Source: a virus
Taxonomy: Duplodnaviria; Heunggongvirae; Uroviricota; Caudoviricetes
Virus record (IMG/VR): IMGVR_UViG_2681813154_000006
Direction: 5' to 3' (one strand)
Length of the DNA: 7,768 nucleotides
Below, in pieces: positions 6,780 through 7,768 of this stretch (positions within the stretch are counted from its first letter, which is position 1; each line of letters begins with the position of its first letter). Below the pieces are notes generated by a model, which did not search any database, was not told the DNA's origin, and saw only the letters and a list, made by a program, of their open reading frames with translations. The translations under genes were made by a program, and so were the position numbers.

Positions 6780-7313
6780 ATGAGCGCAAAAATCAAATAC
6801 GGCCTGTCGGCTGCTGTTCTGGCGCTGATTGCCGCAGGCGCGTCTGCTCCCCAGATACTTGACCAGTTTCTGAACGAAAAAGAGGGTAATCACACAACGG
6901 CATACCGTGATGGTTCTGGCATATGGACCATCTGTCGTGGTGCCACAATGGTGGATGGTAAGCCTGTCATACCGGGAATGAAGCTGTCGAAGGAAAAATG
7001 TGACCAGGTTAACGCTATTGAACGTGATAAGGCGCTGGCATGGGTGGAGCGCAATATTAAAGTACCTCTGACCGAACCCCAGAAAGCGGGTATAGCGTCA
7101 TTTTGCCCCTATAACATTGGCCCCGGTAAGTGTTTCCCGTCGACGTTTTATAAGCGGCTGAATGCCGGTGATCGTAAGGGCGCATGCGAGGCGATTCGCT
7201 GGTGGATAAAAGATGTTGGGCGCGATTGCCGCATACGTTCAAATAACTGCTATGGACAGGTTATTCGTCGTGACCAGGAAAGCGCATTAGCCTGTTGGGG
7301 GATAGATCAATGA
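6780..7313 (+). CDS. R: SAR endolysin (T4-lysozyme-like muramidase, phage 21 / 933W R type)
   Basis: 177 aa with N-terminal signal-anchor-release segment ([18 protein letters not shown]) and a conserved lysozyme core ([20 protein letters not shown]...). Near-identical from memory to the endolysin of Stx2 phages. Confidence 0.9.
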   Translation: MSAKIKYGLSAAVLALIAAGASAPQILDQFLNEKEGNHTTAYRDGSGIWTICRGATMVDGKPVIPGMKLSKEKCDQVNAIERDKALAWVERNIKVPLTEPQKAGIASFCPYNIGPGKCFPSTFYKRLNAGDRKGACEAIRWWIKDVGRDCRIRSNNCYGQVIRRDQESALACWGIDQ

Positions 7314-7714
7314 GCAGAGTCACCGCGATTATCTCCGCTCTGGTTATCTGCATCATCGTCTGCCTGTCATGGGCTGTTAATCATTACCGTGATAACGCCA
7401 TTACCTACAAAGAGCAGCGCGACAAAAACGCCGGAGAACTGAAGCTGGCGAACGCAACCATTACTGACATGCAGCAGCGCCAGCGTGATGCTGATGCACT
7501 CGATGCTAAATACACGAAGGAGTTAGCTGATGCGAAAGCTGAAAATGATGCTCTTCGGCGCAAGCTTGATAATGGTGGTCGGGTGCTCGTCAAAGGAAAA
7601 TGCCCTGTGCCATCCTCAGCCGAAACCTCCAGCGCCTCCGGCATGGGCAATGATGCCACCGTCGAACTCTCTCCAGTTGCTGGACGAAACGTTCTCGGTA
7701 TCCGGGACGGGTGA
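7310..7714 (+). CDS. Rz: Rz i-spanin
   Basis: ATG at 7310 overlaps the endolysin stop (ATGA). N-terminal TM ([20 protein letters not shown]) followed by a charged coiled-coil region, typical of Rz. ORF-track start 7295 is upstream in the same frame. Confidence 0.85.
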   Translation: MSRVTAIISALVICIIVCLSWAVNHYRDNAITYKEQRDKNAGELKLANATITDMQQRQRDADALDAKYTKELADAKAENDALRRKLDNGGRVLVKGKCPVPSSAETSSASGMGNDATVELSPVAGRNVLGIRDG

Positions 7715-7724
7715 GGTAGCCTGA
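7530..7724 (+). CDS. Rz1: Rz1 o-spanin lipoprotein (+1 frame within Rz, extending 10 nt past the Rz stop)
   Basis: AAGGAG SD 7 nt upstream of ATG 7530. Lipoprotein signal with lipobox VVGC followed by a proline-rich mature region (PQPKPPAPP), the classic Rz1 signature. Confidence 0.8.
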   Translation: MRKLKMMLFGASLIMVVGCSSKENALCHPQPKPPAPPAWAMMPPSNSLQLLDETFSVSGTGEVA

Positions 7725-7768
7725 GTTTAACGGACACTCCTTCCTGAAATAGAATGGCATCAGAAGGA

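Noticed and set aside
7057-7737. Minus-strand ORFs 7057..7242 and 7405..7737 opposite the endolysin and Rz.
   Set aside because: Antisense shadows. The genuine second gene in this region is Rz1 on the + strand in the +1 frame.

Overview
The window reads as the early-right to late-operon junction of a lambdoid (phage 21 / Stx-phage-like) enterobacterial prophage, with every supported gene on the + strand. In order: a DnaC-like helicase loader and DnaB-like replicative helicase (translationally coupled), a small helical ORF, a 31-codon rusA remnant, NinH, a QuuD-type Q antiterminator with its terminator, then a second nin/Q module (YbcO-like Zn protein, intact RusA, a second Q-like protein with pR'-like promoter and tR'-like terminator). 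This is followed by a four-gene tRNA array with its own promoter, a ~216-bp tandem direct repeat, and a lysis cassette (S21-type pinholin, an unrecognised 209-aa ORF, SAR endolysin, Rz with Rz1 in the +1 frame). No Shiga toxin genes are present in the position they occupy in Stx phages. Four runs of exactly 10 N interrupt the sequence and limit several calls. The best candidates for something undescribed are the 209-aa ORF wedged between holin and endolysin, the tandem repeat upstream of the holin, and a non-canonical tRNA-like gene. All family assignments come from reading the translations and recalled motifs; no database search was run.
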